Part shown: in pieces, positions 18,834-27,927 of the stretch | Layout: each line of letters opens with the position of its first letter | How positions within the stretch are numbered: the stretch's first letter is position 1 | NCBI GenBank assembly: GCA_963733765.1 | Contig: CAVTEI010000003.1 | Location: 501,453-565,452 of the forward strand | DNA: 64,000 nucleotides | Source of the DNA: an uncultured Acidimicrobiales bacterium | GTDB taxonomy: Bacteria > Actinomycetota > Acidimicrobiia > Acidimicrobiales > DATKAS01 | Direction of reading: 5' to 3' | Notes under the pieces: generated by a model | Told to the model about the DNA's origin: nothing | The model's input: the letters and a program-made list of their open reading frames with translations, nothing else | Databases searched by the model: none | Position numbers and translations under genes: made by a program

Positions 18834-19892
18834 TCAGCTCCACGTCTTCGTGTGTCCGGAGGTCAGCTCTCGACCCTTGACCCGCCACGACGGCTCCTTG
18901 TTGACCGTGCGATTCGTCATCGACCGCAGTCGGCGCACCGCCGAGCCGTACAGCCCGCTGGCGACCGTCGAGACGCGAGCGCCCGGCGGCTCGTCCATGA
19001 AGGGCATGAACTTGTCGGGGAAGCCCGGCATGGTGCAGCCGATGCAGATGCCTCCGACGTTCGGGCATCCGCCGACACCGTTGATCCACCCGCGCTTGGG
19101 AACGTTGCAGTTCACGACCGGACCCCAGCACCCGAGCTTCACGATGCACTTCGGCGAGCCGTACTCCGTCGCGAAGTCGCCCTGCTCGTAGTACCCGGCT
19201 CGGTCACAGCCCTCGTGCACGGTCGCTCCGAAGAGCCACTGCGGTCGAAGCGCGTCGTCGAGCGGGATCATCGGGGCTTGGCCGGTCGCCATGTACAGCA
19301 GGTACAGGATCGTCTCGGAGAGGTTGTCGCCTTGCACGGGGCAGCCCGGTACGCACACGATCGGGATGCCGGCCTTCGATTTCCACGACCAACCGAGGTA
19401 GTCGGGCACGCCCATTGCGCCGGTGGGGTTGCCGGCCATCGCGTGCATGCCGCCGTAGGTCGCGCACGTGCCGACTGCGACGACGGCGAGAGCCTTCGGC
19501 GTGAGGCGGTCGAGCCACTCGCTCGTCGTCATCGGCTGATCGGTTTCGGGGTTGTTGCCGAACCCGCACCAATAGCCCTCGCGCTTGATCGCCTCGTTCG
19601 GAATCGAGCCCTCGACGATCAGCACGAACGGCTCGAGCTCGCCTCGATCCGCCTTGAAGAACCACTCGAGGAAGTCATCCGCACCGCCGTTGGGCCCGCA
19701 CTCGAAGTCGATGAGCGGCCAGTGGACAGCGATCTTCGGCAGACCTGGGAGAGCGCCGAGCGCGATCTCCTCGATGCTGGGCTGCGTCGCCCCGGTCAGC
19801 GCGACGGAGTCTCCATCACAGCTGAGGCCCGCATTGATCCACAAGACGTGGATCACGGTCTCCTCGGGTGGGGCTTCCTTGGTCGCAGGCAT
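18834..19892 (-). CDS. hhyS: Group 1h [NiFe]-hydrogenase small subunit
   Basis: WINAGLSCDGDS, GTCATYGG, PGCP, VHEGCDR, CIVKLGCWGP, GGICIGCTMPGFPD; no Tat signal. Confidence 0.95.
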   Translation of the reverse strand: MPATKEAPPEETVIHVLWINAGLSCDGDSVALTGATQPSIEEIALGALPGLPKIAVHWPLIDFECGPNGGADDFLEWFFKADRGELEPFVLIVEGSIPNEAIKREGYWCGFGNNPETDQPMTTSEWLDRLTPKALAVVAVGTCATYGGMHAMAGNPTGAMGVPDYLGWSWKSKAGIPIVCVPGCPVQGDNLSETILYLLYMATGQAPMIPLDDALRPQWLFGATVHEGCDRAGYYEQGDFATEYGSPKCIVKLGCWGPVVNCNVPKRGWINGVGGCPNVGGICIGCTMPGFPDKFMPFMDEPPGARVSTVASGLYGSAVRRLRSMTNRTVNKEPSWRVKGRELTSGHTKTWS

Positions 19893-19964
19893 TGGCGAAC
19901 CTCCCCCGCGCTGGTGAGTCGGCTCCCCGAGCGCAGTGTCACATTGCCCCCATCCGTGCAGCAG

Positions 19965-19989
19965 GTAAATGAGTGCATTTCTCACCTAG
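19965..19989. promoter_or_regulatory. Hydrogenase-locus motif, site 2 (upstream of hhyS)
   Basis: GTAA-ATGAGTG-CATTTCT-CACCTAG, same geometry as site 1 with three mismatches. Confidence 0.6.
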
Positions 19990-20025
19990 TGCCCGATTCG
20001 CGACGTCGGCGTACCGTGGCCGGGG

Positions 20026-20907
20026 ATGGCTCCGGTCGCGATCACGGCGGCCGAACGCACGGCGTTCAAGCGCTGCCGGCGCGCGTGGGACCTCGGAGCG
20101 CGCTTGCGCCGCGGCCTCGAGCCTGTCGGGACGGGACCCCGAGCCACCGACCATCCCGCTCGGGAGGCACTCGCGGTGCACTACTTCCCCGGCATGTGGC
20201 TGTGGGATCGCTCCATCGTGCGCCCGCTGGTCCTGAAGGCGGCCGGCGAGTCGGCGGCGTTCGTCGAGCGCTACGTCGACTGGGCCGAGAGAGTCGACGA
20301 CTTCGAGCCGCTGCGGGTCGAGTTCGACTACGACGCCCGCGTCCCGGATCCGAGCGGCAACGGCGACCTCGCCGCACCGGATGGACGCGCGGTGCACTAC
20401 GTGGGTCGCGCGCACGCTCTCGTCATCGATGATGATCGCGCGCGCTGGTTGCTCGTCCACCGTTTCGGTCCGTGGTCGTCACCCGAGGTGCTCCAACTCG
20501 ACGAGGAGGCCGTGACCGCGGCGTGGGCCTGGGAGCACACGTTCCTCGACGCCAGGATCCAGGGCGTGCTGTACAACGAGCTGACGCTCGATGCCCGCTT
20601 CCGACGCACGCGGGTGCGGCTGTCGCGCGGTGCCATCGCCCTCGCGGGCGAGCAGCTCGCGCGCGAGGCGGCCGAGATGCTCGACCCTGACCTTGCCGTC
20701 TATCCGACTCCCGCAACGGATTGCGAGAGCTGCGCGTTCGTGGCGCCGTGCATCGAGATGCAAACCGGAGGTGATGCGGAGGACCTGCTCACGCGCGACT
20801 TTCGCGCCCGGCCACCCGAAGAGCTCGAGGAAGGCCGCCTCGGCGGGAGCACTTGGAGCATGGGGCGGGGCGCGATGCCCGTCCGGTTCAGCGGCGACGG
20901 TCGCTGA
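20026..20907 (+). CDS. Cas4/AddB-like PD-(D/E)XK-fold protein with four Fe-S-type Cys and degenerate nuclease motifs
   Basis: N-terminal TAFKRCRRAW and C-terminal CESCAFVAPC; GRAH and LLVHR where GxxD and (D/E)xK are expected. Confidence 0.65.
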   Translation: MAPVAITAAERTAFKRCRRAWDLGARLRRGLEPVGTGPRATDHPAREALAVHYFPGMWLWDRSIVRPLVLKAAGESAAFVERYVDWAERVDDFEPLRVEFDYDARVPDPSGNGDLAAPDGRAVHYVGRAHALVIDDDRARWLLVHRFGPWSSPEVLQLDEEAVTAAWAWEHTFLDARIQGVLYNELTLDARFRRTRVRLSRGAIALAGEQLAREAAEMLDPDLAVYPTPATDCESCAFVAPCIEMQTGGDAEDLLTRDFRARPPEELEEGRLGGSTWSMGRGAMPVRFSGDGR

Positions 20908-20966
20908 AGTTCAGCCCTGCGGTGCAGCGGTCGAGGCCGCCGATCAGGTGGGCCGGCCGCTGGCGA

Positions 20967-23201
20967 TCAGACGATCGCTGCAGCGACTGCGGCTTGGCCG
21001 ATGCTGATGCCGCCGTCGTTCGGCGGGACGATTCGGTGGACGAGGACCTCGAGGCCGGCCGCGGTGAATGCCTCCTCGACAATGTCGCTCAGGCGCGGGT
21101 TCTGGAACACCCCGCCCGTCAAGGCCACGGTCCGCAGGCCGTACTCGCGGGCCAGGTCGGCACCAGCCGCCGCCGCCGCCCGACCGATCGATTCGTGGAA
21201 GGCAGCGGCGAGCACCGGCGTCGACACGTCCCGTGTCCGCCCGGCGACGAGCTCGGCAATGAGCGGCGACGGGTCGATCACGAGCGCGCCTGACGCGTTC
21301 CGGCCGATCTCGACCGGGAACGTCGGCGCTTCGGCGCGTGGCACCGATCGGGCCAGCGCCTCGAGCTCGATCGCTGCCTGCGCCTCGTAGGTGACGCGCG
21401 GACGAAGACCGAGCAGCGCGGCGACCGCGTCGAACAACCGTCCCATGCTCGTGGTCACGGGTCCGTGCCCGCGGGCAACGAGGTCGTGCACGGCGTCGCG
21501 GCGGGAGTCGACGAAGGAGTCATCGACACCAGCGCGATGAGCCCACGCGACGCCCATACGCCACGGCTCCAAGATCGCGGCGACGCCACCAGGCATGGTG
21601 ACCGGGGCGAGATGGCCGACGCGCTCGAAGCCACGGAGGTCGGCGACGAGGAGCTCGCCTCCCCACAGGGTGCCGTCGGTGCCGTAGCCGAGTCCGTCGA
21701 AGGCGAGGGCGAGCACCGGGCCGGTCCGGCCGTGCTCGGTCAGGCACGACGCGACGTGGGCATGGTGGTGCTGCACGCCGATGGACGGAAGGTCGAGGTC
21801 CGCCGCGAGCTTGGTCGAGAGGTACTCGGGGTGCAGGTCGTGGGCGACGAGCTCGGGGGCCACGGCGTAGAGCGCGCAGAGATGGTCGATCGCCTGCAGG
21901 AAAGAGCGGTACGTGGCGAAGTGCTCGAGGTCACCGATGTGGTGGCTCGCGACGACGTCGTCGCCCACCGTCACCGCCACCGTGCTCTTGAGCTCGGCCC
22001 CGACGGCCAGGATCGGCCGGCTCGCAGGCGTCACCATCGAGAGAGGCTGGGGAGCGAACCCGCGCGAGCGACGCAGCACCTGAGTGCGCCCCGCGCTCGT
22101 GGCGCGGACAACCGAGTCATCGCAGCGGATGTGAATGCCGCGGTCGTGGCCGAGCACGCCGTCCACAAGAGCGGCCAGACGCTCGGACGCGTCGGCGTCC
22201 TCGTGCGCGATCGGCTCGTCGCTCACGTTTCCACTTGTCATGACGAGGGGTCGGCCGACACCGCGCAACAACAGGTGGTGCAGCGGCGAGTACGCGAGCA
22301 GGACTCCGAGCTCGGGCAGGTTCGGAGCGACACCGCTCGCGACGGGAGCGTCTTCTCGACGCGGCGCAAGCACGATCGGGCGCCCAGCTGAGGTCAGCGC
22401 GTCAGCGGCGGCATCGGAGAGCGTGCACAGCGTGCGCGCCTCGTCGAGGTCGTGCACCATCACGGCGAACGGCTTGTCGTCGCGGGCTTTGCGTCGGCGC
22501 AGCTCGCCCACCGCCTCCTCGTTCGCAGCATCGACCGCGAGGTGGAACCCGCCGATTCCCTTGACCGCGACGATCCCGCCGACCTCGAGTGCAGCGATCG
22601 CGGCCTCGAGTGCGGCATCGCCCTCGAGGTGACCCCAGAGCAAGCGAGGCCCGCACTCCGGGCAGGCGTTCGGCTGCGCGTGGAAGCGGCGATCGAGCGG
22701 ATCGTCGTACTCGGCCTGGCACGCCTCGCACATCGTGAACCGGGCCATCGTCGTGCCGGGGCGGTCGTAGGGCACGCTGCGGACGATCGTGTACCGGGGA
22801 CCGCAGTCGGTGCAGTTCGTGAACGGATAGCGGTACCGGCGGTCGGTCGGGTCGTCGATCTCGGCGAGGCACGCGGTGCAGGTCGCAGTGTCAACGCTGA
22901 CCGCGGCCGTGGGTGCGCCCCCACTTTCGCTCTCGACGATCGCGAACTTCGTGTCGCCCTCGACGGGGACAGGAGTGGCGGTGATCGTTCCGATCCGTGC
23001 AAGCGGAGGAGGGTCGTCGACGAGCAGGCGCGACACCTCGAGCACCGCACCCTCGTCCCCTTCGATCTCGATCAGGACGCCCGCGCTGTCGTTCTGCACC
23101 CAACCGGCGAGGCCCAGTCGGGTGGCGTGGCGGTAGACGAACGGACGGAAGCCGACGCCCTGGACGGTGCCCGTCACCCGGATCTGACGGCGGACGGTCA
23201 A
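20967..23201 (-). CDS. hypF: Carbamoyltransferase HypF
   Basis: GTVQGVGFRPF acylphosphatase domain, two Zn fingers, KGIGGFHL, HDLHPEY, QHHHAH, PPNDGGISIGQ. Confidence 0.97.
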   Translation of the reverse strand: MTVRRQIRVTGTVQGVGFRPFVYRHATRLGLAGWVQNDSAGVLIEIEGDEGAVLEVSRLLVDDPPPLARIGTITATPVPVEGDTKFAIVESESGGAPTAAVSVDTATCTACLAEIDDPTDRRYRYPFTNCTDCGPRYTIVRSVPYDRPGTTMARFTMCEACQAEYDDPLDRRFHAQPNACPECGPRLLWGHLEGDAALEAAIAALEVGGIVAVKGIGGFHLAVDAANEEAVGELRRRKARDDKPFAVMVHDLDEARTLCTLSDAAADALTSAGRPIVLAPRREDAPVASGVAPNLPELGVLLAYSPLHHLLLRGVGRPLVMTSGNVSDEPIAHEDADASERLAALVDGVLGHDRGIHIRCDDSVVRATSAGRTQVLRRSRGFAPQPLSMVTPASRPILAVGAELKSTVAVTVGDDVVASHHIGDLEHFATYRSFLQAIDHLCALYAVAPELVAHDLHPEYLSTKLAADLDLPSIGVQHHHAHVASCLTEHGRTGPVLALAFDGLGYGTDGTLWGGELLVADLRGFERVGHLAPVTMPGGVAAILEPWRMGVAWAHRAGVDDSFVDSRRDAVHDLVARGHGPVTTSMGRLFDAVAALLGLRPRVTYEAQAAIELEALARSVPRAEAPTFPVEIGRNASGALVIDPSPLIAELVAGRTRDVSTPVLAAAFHESIGRAAAAAGADLAREYGLRTVALTGGVFQNPRLSDIVEEAFTAAGLEVLVHRIVPPNDGGISIGQAAVAAAIV

Positions 23202-24280
23202 CAGATCCGCGGGAGTGGATCGCCGACGAGCATGTCGACGATGCGCGTGCCTCCGAACGTCGTGAGCAGCACGACGATGCGTTCGTGATCGGCGTTGATC
23301 GATCCGATCGCCGCGGCCGCCCGGCCGAGAGGGTGACCATGGAGAGCGGCGAGCGCGGCTTCGGCTTCATCGGGCGCGACGACCGCAACGAGCTTTCCTT
23401 CGTTCGCGACATACAGCGGGTCGATGCCGAGCAGGTCGCAGGCCGCGGTCACCGCCGGATCGACCGGGATCGTGGCCTCGTCGAGCACGACCGCGAGGTT
23501 CGTCGCTTGCGCGAGCTCGTTGCACACTGTGCCGAGCCCACCCCGCGTCGGGTCGCGCAGCCATCGGGTGCTCGGGGCCGCGGTGAGCAGCGTCTCCACG
23601 AGGTCGCCCAGCGGCGCGGTGTCGGAGCTGATGTCCGCCTCGATGGCAAGGTCACCGCGGGCGAGCATCACCGCCATGCCGTGATCGCCGATCGTCCCCG
23701 ACACCAAGACGACGTCACCCGCCTGGACATGCTCGGGTCCGAGGTTGCGGTCAGCCAGCAGCACGCCGACCCCCGCGGTCGTGATGTACAGGCCGTCGGC
23801 CGCGCCCCGATCGACCACCTTGGTGTCTCCGGCCACGATCGTGACGCCCGCGGCCCGAGCGGCTTCCGCCATGTCGGCGACGATGTCGCGGAGCTCCGTG
23901 ATCGCGAACCCCTCCTCGATGACGAACGCGGCGGAAAGCCAGGTCGGGCGCGCGCCCATCATGGCGACGTCGTTCACGGTGCCGTGGACGGCGAGATGTC
24001 CGATCGAGCCACCGGGGAAGAAGCGGGGACGCACGACGAAGGAGTCGGTGCTGAACGCGAGGCGGTCACCGCCCGGCAGATCGAGACGGGCAGCGTCGCT
24101 CAACGACGACAGGGTGTCGTTTGCGAAAGCCTCCACGAACACCGCGTCGACGAGTGCGGCCGACGACTTCCCCCCGGCACCGTGAGCCAACGTCACGATC
24201 TCATCGGTGAGGCGCGGGCGACGCCGGCGGAACGCCTCGATGCGCTCGAGCACCTGTGCTTCGCGCGCCTCAGTGGCCAT
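23198..24280 (-). CDS. hypE: Carbamoyl dehydratase HypE
   Basis: LAHGAGG, STDSFVV, GDTKVV, RDPTRGG, ANEGK and terminal PRIC. Confidence 0.96.
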   Translation of the reverse strand: MATEAREAQVLERIEAFRRRRPRLTDEIVTLAHGAGGKSSAALVDAVFVEAFANDTLSSLSDAARLDLPGGDRLAFSTDSFVVRPRFFPGGSIGHLAVHGTVNDVAMMGARPTWLSAAFVIEEGFAITELRDIVADMAEAARAAGVTIVAGDTKVVDRGAADGLYITTAGVGVLLADRNLGPEHVQAGDVVLVSGTIGDHGMAVMLARGDLAIEADISSDTAPLGDLVETLLTAAPSTRWLRDPTRGGLGTVCNELAQATNLAVVLDEATIPVDPAVTAACDLLGIDPLYVANEGKLVAVVAPDEAEAALAALHGHPLGRAAAAIGSINADHERIVVLLTTFGGTRIVDMLVGDPLPRIC

Positions 24281-24924
24281 GCGCGCCGACCGGCTCACTG
24301 AGCGACTGCACGAGCTGCCAGAGCTCGAACACGACCGCGCTCTGCACTTCCTGGATGCGATGGACGCTGTCCGACCTCACCACGAGACAATGGTCGACCG
24401 TGCCCGCGGCTGCCATCGAGCCGCCGTCGTAGCCCGCCAACCCGATCGTGAGCAGTCCCAGCCTGCCGCGCTTCAGCGAACGCGCGCAGGAGGTTGGCCG
24501 AGCTGCCGCTGGTGGACAACCCGAATGCGATGTCGGTCGAAGTGGCCATGGAGATCAGCTGGCGCGAGAAGACGAGCTCGTAGCCGACGTCGTTGGCAAG
24601 CGCGGTGAGCACCGCCTGATCCGCCACGAGCGACCGAGCGGGGAAGGATCGGCCCGATGGCGGGCGGCTGAAGAGCGCGGCGACACCCGCCGCGTCGGTC
24701 GCGCTGCCGCCGTTGCCGAAAGCGTAGAGGCGGCCCCCGCCCGCGAAGCGCTGGGCTATGGCGTCGGCAGCCGCATGGAGGTCGGTGGCGAGTGTCGCGA
24801 GCGTCGACTGCCGCAAGGCGACACTCATCTCCATCTTCGTCTCGGCCGACCGTGCGAGATCGTCGACCAGTGCTCCGCCGTCGCGCTCGTTGCGCTCGAT
24901 GAACGGGTACAGGAAGTCCGTCAC
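24270..24924 (-). CDS. SIS-domain (GmhA/phosphoheptose isomerase-like) protein (apparent frameshift near 24460)
   Basis: FGNGGSATDA, TALAND, STSGSS; the shifted frame continues GLLTIGLAGYDGG...SVHRIQE to TGA at 24270. Confidence 0.85.
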
Positions 24925-25622
24925 GGCTCGACCACAGTGATCGCACTCCCTGCGTGGACGAGCACGAGATCACCGGGCTGCACTGGTCCGACGAGTGTGG
25001 TGTCGACGGTCTCGACCCCCACGGACGTCCGCACCGCCGCTGTCGCCCCGGCGTCCAACGCGCCGATGACCTCGGCCAGCCTTCCCTCGTCCGAGCATGT
25101 GACGCAGGCAGTGGGCTCGGCCGCGGTGTCGAGCAGCCCCGGATGTTCGAAGCACACGTGCGTGAGCTCCCAAAGCACGTGATAGCCGCGGACGACCCGC
25201 CCGTCGTGCCGAGCGCACTCGTCATCGCCGACCCACAGGAGGTGATCCACGGCGACTTCAGCTGGCTGCGGACCCCAACCCATCCAGACAGTCAGGAGCC
25301 CCCACACTGCCGCTCGGCGCATCGTGTCGGCGACCGGCGCGCCGGCGTCGGCGACGACGAGCAGTGCATCGCCGGGGCGGGCGCCGACCCGGAGGGCCCC
25401 GACCGCGTCGTCGTCGCCGAGCGCCACAGCAGGGAGCGCACGGGTTCCGACGATGACGGGGTGGACGAACTCGACGGCCACGTGCTGCGCGTGGTGAGGC
25501 GCTCCTGGTGCCCAGCACCACAAGGTGCCGCCGTGAGCGAAGCGGCGCGCGAGCGCGAGCGCGGCAGTCGCGAGAGAGGCGGCGACGTCCCCGGGGGTCT
25601 CCTCGCGGCGAGCTTCCGACAT
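24921..25622 (-). CDS. Degenerate SIS domain fused to a HypC/HupF-like domain
   Basis: HVAVEFVHPVIVG.RALPA, YHVLWELTHVCFEH, then CVTCSD and GDLVLVHAG (HypC-like). Confidence 0.8.
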   Translation of the reverse strand: MSEARREETPGDVAASLATAALALARRFAHGGTLWCWAPGAPHHAQHVAVEFVHPVIVGTRALPAVALGDDDAVGALRVGARPGDALLVVADAGAPVADTMRRAAVWGLLTVWMGWGPQPAEVAVDHLLWVGDDECARHDGRVVRGYHVLWELTHVCFEHPGLLDTAAEPTACVTCSDEGRLAEVIGALDAGATAAVRTSVGVETVDTTLVGPVQPGDLVLVHAGSAITVVEP

Positions 25623-25660
25623 GTCGCTCCCCATGCGCCCCTCTCCCAGGACAGGCGCGC

Positions 25661-25708
25661 ATGGTACGTCGTGGTGACGAGGCGTCAATCGGTGCAATCG
25701 GCACCTAT
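25661..25708 (-). promoter_or_regulatory. Promoter TTGACG-N16-TACCAT for the SIS-hypC/hypEF operon, adjoined by hydrogenase-locus motif site 3
   Basis: -10 at 25661-25666, -35 at 25683-25688; ATCGGTG-CAATCGG-CACCTAT at 25688-25708. Confidence 0.65.
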
Positions 25709-25723
25709 CGACCCACGGCCGTA

Positions 25724-27103
25724 ATGTCAGCGCCCGTGGTGGGGGCTCAGACGCAGTACGCGAAGAGCGGCGACCGGTACATCGGCTATCGGGTGCTGGG
25801 CGACGGTCCCATCGACCTCTTGGCGCTGAACAACGGCAGCAACATCTGGATCGATCGCGACGACGAACCGCACTGGGCTCGCTTCGACCGCCGCTTAGCC
25901 TCCTTCACCAGGCTGATCCGATTCGACCCGAGCGGGGTCGGGCTCTCCGACCCGCTCGGCGGCGGCGAGCTGCCGACGGTCGAGCTCTGGACGCAGGACG
26001 CCCTGGCGGTGCTCAACGCGGTCGGGTCGGGACACGCGGCACTCCTCGGCGTCTCCGACGGAGGTCCCGTCGCGATGCTGCTCAGTGCCATGTACCCCGA
26101 GCGCATCTCTGCGCTCGTCTTGATGAACAGCTCCGCGCGGATGGCACGCGACGACGACTATCCGTGCGGAATTCCCCAGCATCTGCTGGATCGATTCGTG
26201 AACAGCGTGAGCGACCCGGCACGGGGCGACGACGGTGTGGACGACCTTGCGCTCTTGGCTCCGAGCCTCGCGGGTGATCCCGAGTTCCAGCGGTGGTGGA
26301 AGAGTGCGGGCGAACGTTCCGCCGGGCCGACGATGGCGAAGGCATTGGACGCGCTGGCGACCGGCTTCGACGTGCGGGGCATCTTGCCGCTCATCAGCGT
26401 GCCCACACTCGTGATGTACCGGGCCGACCACGTATTCATGCGACCCGGCCATGCGCACTACCTCGCCGAGCACATCGCCGGCGCCAAGCTCGTCGAGCTT
26501 CCGGGGCGCGATCACCTCGCCTATGTCGGCGAGACCGAGCCGCTGCTCGACGAGGTCGAGGAGTTCCTCACGGGGACACGAGGAGGGTCGGACACGGAGC
26601 GGGTGCTCGCGACGATCCTGTTCACCGACATCGTCGACTCGACGAGAAGAGCGTCGATGGCCGGGGATCGGCTGTGGCGTGAGCAGCTCGACAACCATGA
26701 CCAGATGGCCGGTCGGCAGGTGCAACGGTTCGGCGGCCGGCAGGTCAAGTCCACTGGTGATGGCCTGCTCGCCACGTTCGACGGGCCCGCCCGAGCGATC
26801 CAATGCGGCCTGGCGATCTGCGACGGCGCGCGCCAGCTCGGCATGGAGGTGCGAGTCGGCGTCCACACCGGCGAAGTCGAACGACGCGGCGCTGACATCG
26901 CCGGCATCGGGGTGCACATCGCGGCGAGAGTCCAGTCGTGTGCCGAGCCGGGCGAAGTGTGGGTCTCGCGCACGTTGACCGATCTGCTCACCGGATCGGG
27001 CATGACCTTCGCCGACAGAGGCGAATACACGCTCAAGGGCGTGCCCGGAACCTGGCACCTGTTCATGGTCGAGGGCCAACGACAAGTCGAGGGGAACCGA
27101 TGA
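25724..27103 (+). CDS. Alpha/beta-hydrolase - class III nucleotide cyclase fusion (LipJ-like)
   Basis: GVSDGG nucleophile elbow and GRDH; cyclase motifs LFTDIVDST, KSTGDG, RVGVHTGE, VHIAARV. Confidence 0.88.
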   Translation: MSAPVVGAQTQYAKSGDRYIGYRVLGDGPIDLLALNNGSNIWIDRDDEPHWARFDRRLASFTRLIRFDPSGVGLSDPLGGGELPTVELWTQDALAVLNAVGSGHAALLGVSDGGPVAMLLSAMYPERISALVLMNSSARMARDDDYPCGIPQHLLDRFVNSVSDPARGDDGVDDLALLAPSLAGDPEFQRWWKSAGERSAGPTMAKALDALATGFDVRGILPLISVPTLVMYRADHVFMRPGHAHYLAEHIAGAKLVELPGRDHLAYVGETEPLLDEVEEFLTGTRGGSDTERVLATILFTDIVDSTRRASMAGDRLWREQLDNHDQMAGRQVQRFGGRQVKSTGDGLLATFDGPARAIQCGLAICDGARQLGMEVRVGVHTGEVERRGADIAGIGVHIAARVQSCAEPGEVWVSRTLTDLLTGSGMTFADRGEYTLKGVPGTWHLFMVEGQRQVEGNR

Positions 27104-27924
27104 CCGGGGACGCGAGTTGGGAATTCCTCAACCCTTCGAGCAAAGGCCGCGTCCTCGAGGTGCTCGACCGGCAAGCCGAGGCGATGTTCGTGCTCGCCGG
27201 AGACCCTGCGCACTGGCAGATCCCGACTGCGTGTGCCGGTTGGGACGTCGGCGACATGGTGGGGCACCTCGTCGATGCGACGGAAGCGTCGCTGTCGGCT
27301 TTCGACCTCGCTCGTCGGGGCACGCCAGGCCCCGAGGCCGTCGGCGTGGCCGGCATGGCCGCCTCCTCCGACAACGCCGCCCGCGCCATGCGATCCGTCC
27401 CGCGAGAGGATCTCCTCGCTCGCCTTCGCGACAAGACGGCGCAGCTCATGGCGGAGTTCGAGTCGTTGTCCGACACCGACTGGTCAGGACACGTGATCCC
27501 GGACCCGTACATGGGCCCGTTGCCCGCCTCAGTGGTTGCGACGGGATTGCTCGGCGGGTACACGGTGCACGGCTGGGACGTGCGCCAGGGCCTCGGTGCG
27601 CCTCACGAGATCGCCGGCGATGCGGCCGACCTCCTGGTGCCTTTCGTCTACCTGCTCTGGTGGGCGACGGCCGACCCCAGCTCCGTCGACGAGCCCTATG
27701 CGATCGGGATCAGGACGACCGGCGTGAACGGAGGGGAGACGAGATTCGACGTGTCACCCACCGAGGTGCGATTCGCCGCGGGCGCCATCGATGACTGCGC
27801 CGCGATCCTCGAGCTCGATCCGGGGAGCCTGGTGCTCACCGCGTACAACCGCATCAACAGCGGCACGATTCGCGGTGACGAGCGTGCGGCGACCCGCTTC
27901 AGATCGTTGTTCGTGGCGATCTGA
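27100..27924 (+). CDS. Maleylpyruvate isomerase family mycothiol-dependent enzyme (MDMPI)
   Basis: PTACAGWDVGDMVGHL and VHGWDVR; ATGA overlap with the cyclase. Confidence 0.82.
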   Translation: MTGDASWEFLNPSSKGRVLEVLDRQAEAMFVLAGDPAHWQIPTACAGWDVGDMVGHLVDATEASLSAFDLARRGTPGPEAVGVAGMAASSDNAARAMRSVPREDLLARLRDKTAQLMAEFESLSDTDWSGHVIPDPYMGPLPASVVATGLLGGYTVHGWDVRQGLGAPHEIAGDAADLLVPFVYLLWWATADPSSVDEPYAIGIRTTGVNGGETRFDVSPTEVRFAAGAIDDCAAILELDPGSLVLTAYNRINSGTIRGDERAATRFRSLFVAI

Positions 27925-27927
27925 CGG

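Noticed and set aside
19935-19989. CRP/GlxR site upstream of hhyS
   Set aside because: Only a TGTGA half-site is present; the palindrome found has GTG-N7-CAC spacing rather than TGTGA-N6-TCACA.
20026-20907. Cas4-like gene as evidence of a CRISPR-Cas system or prophage
   Set aside because: No repeat-spacer array, cas1/cas2, integrase or phage genes in the window, and the catalytic motifs are degenerate.
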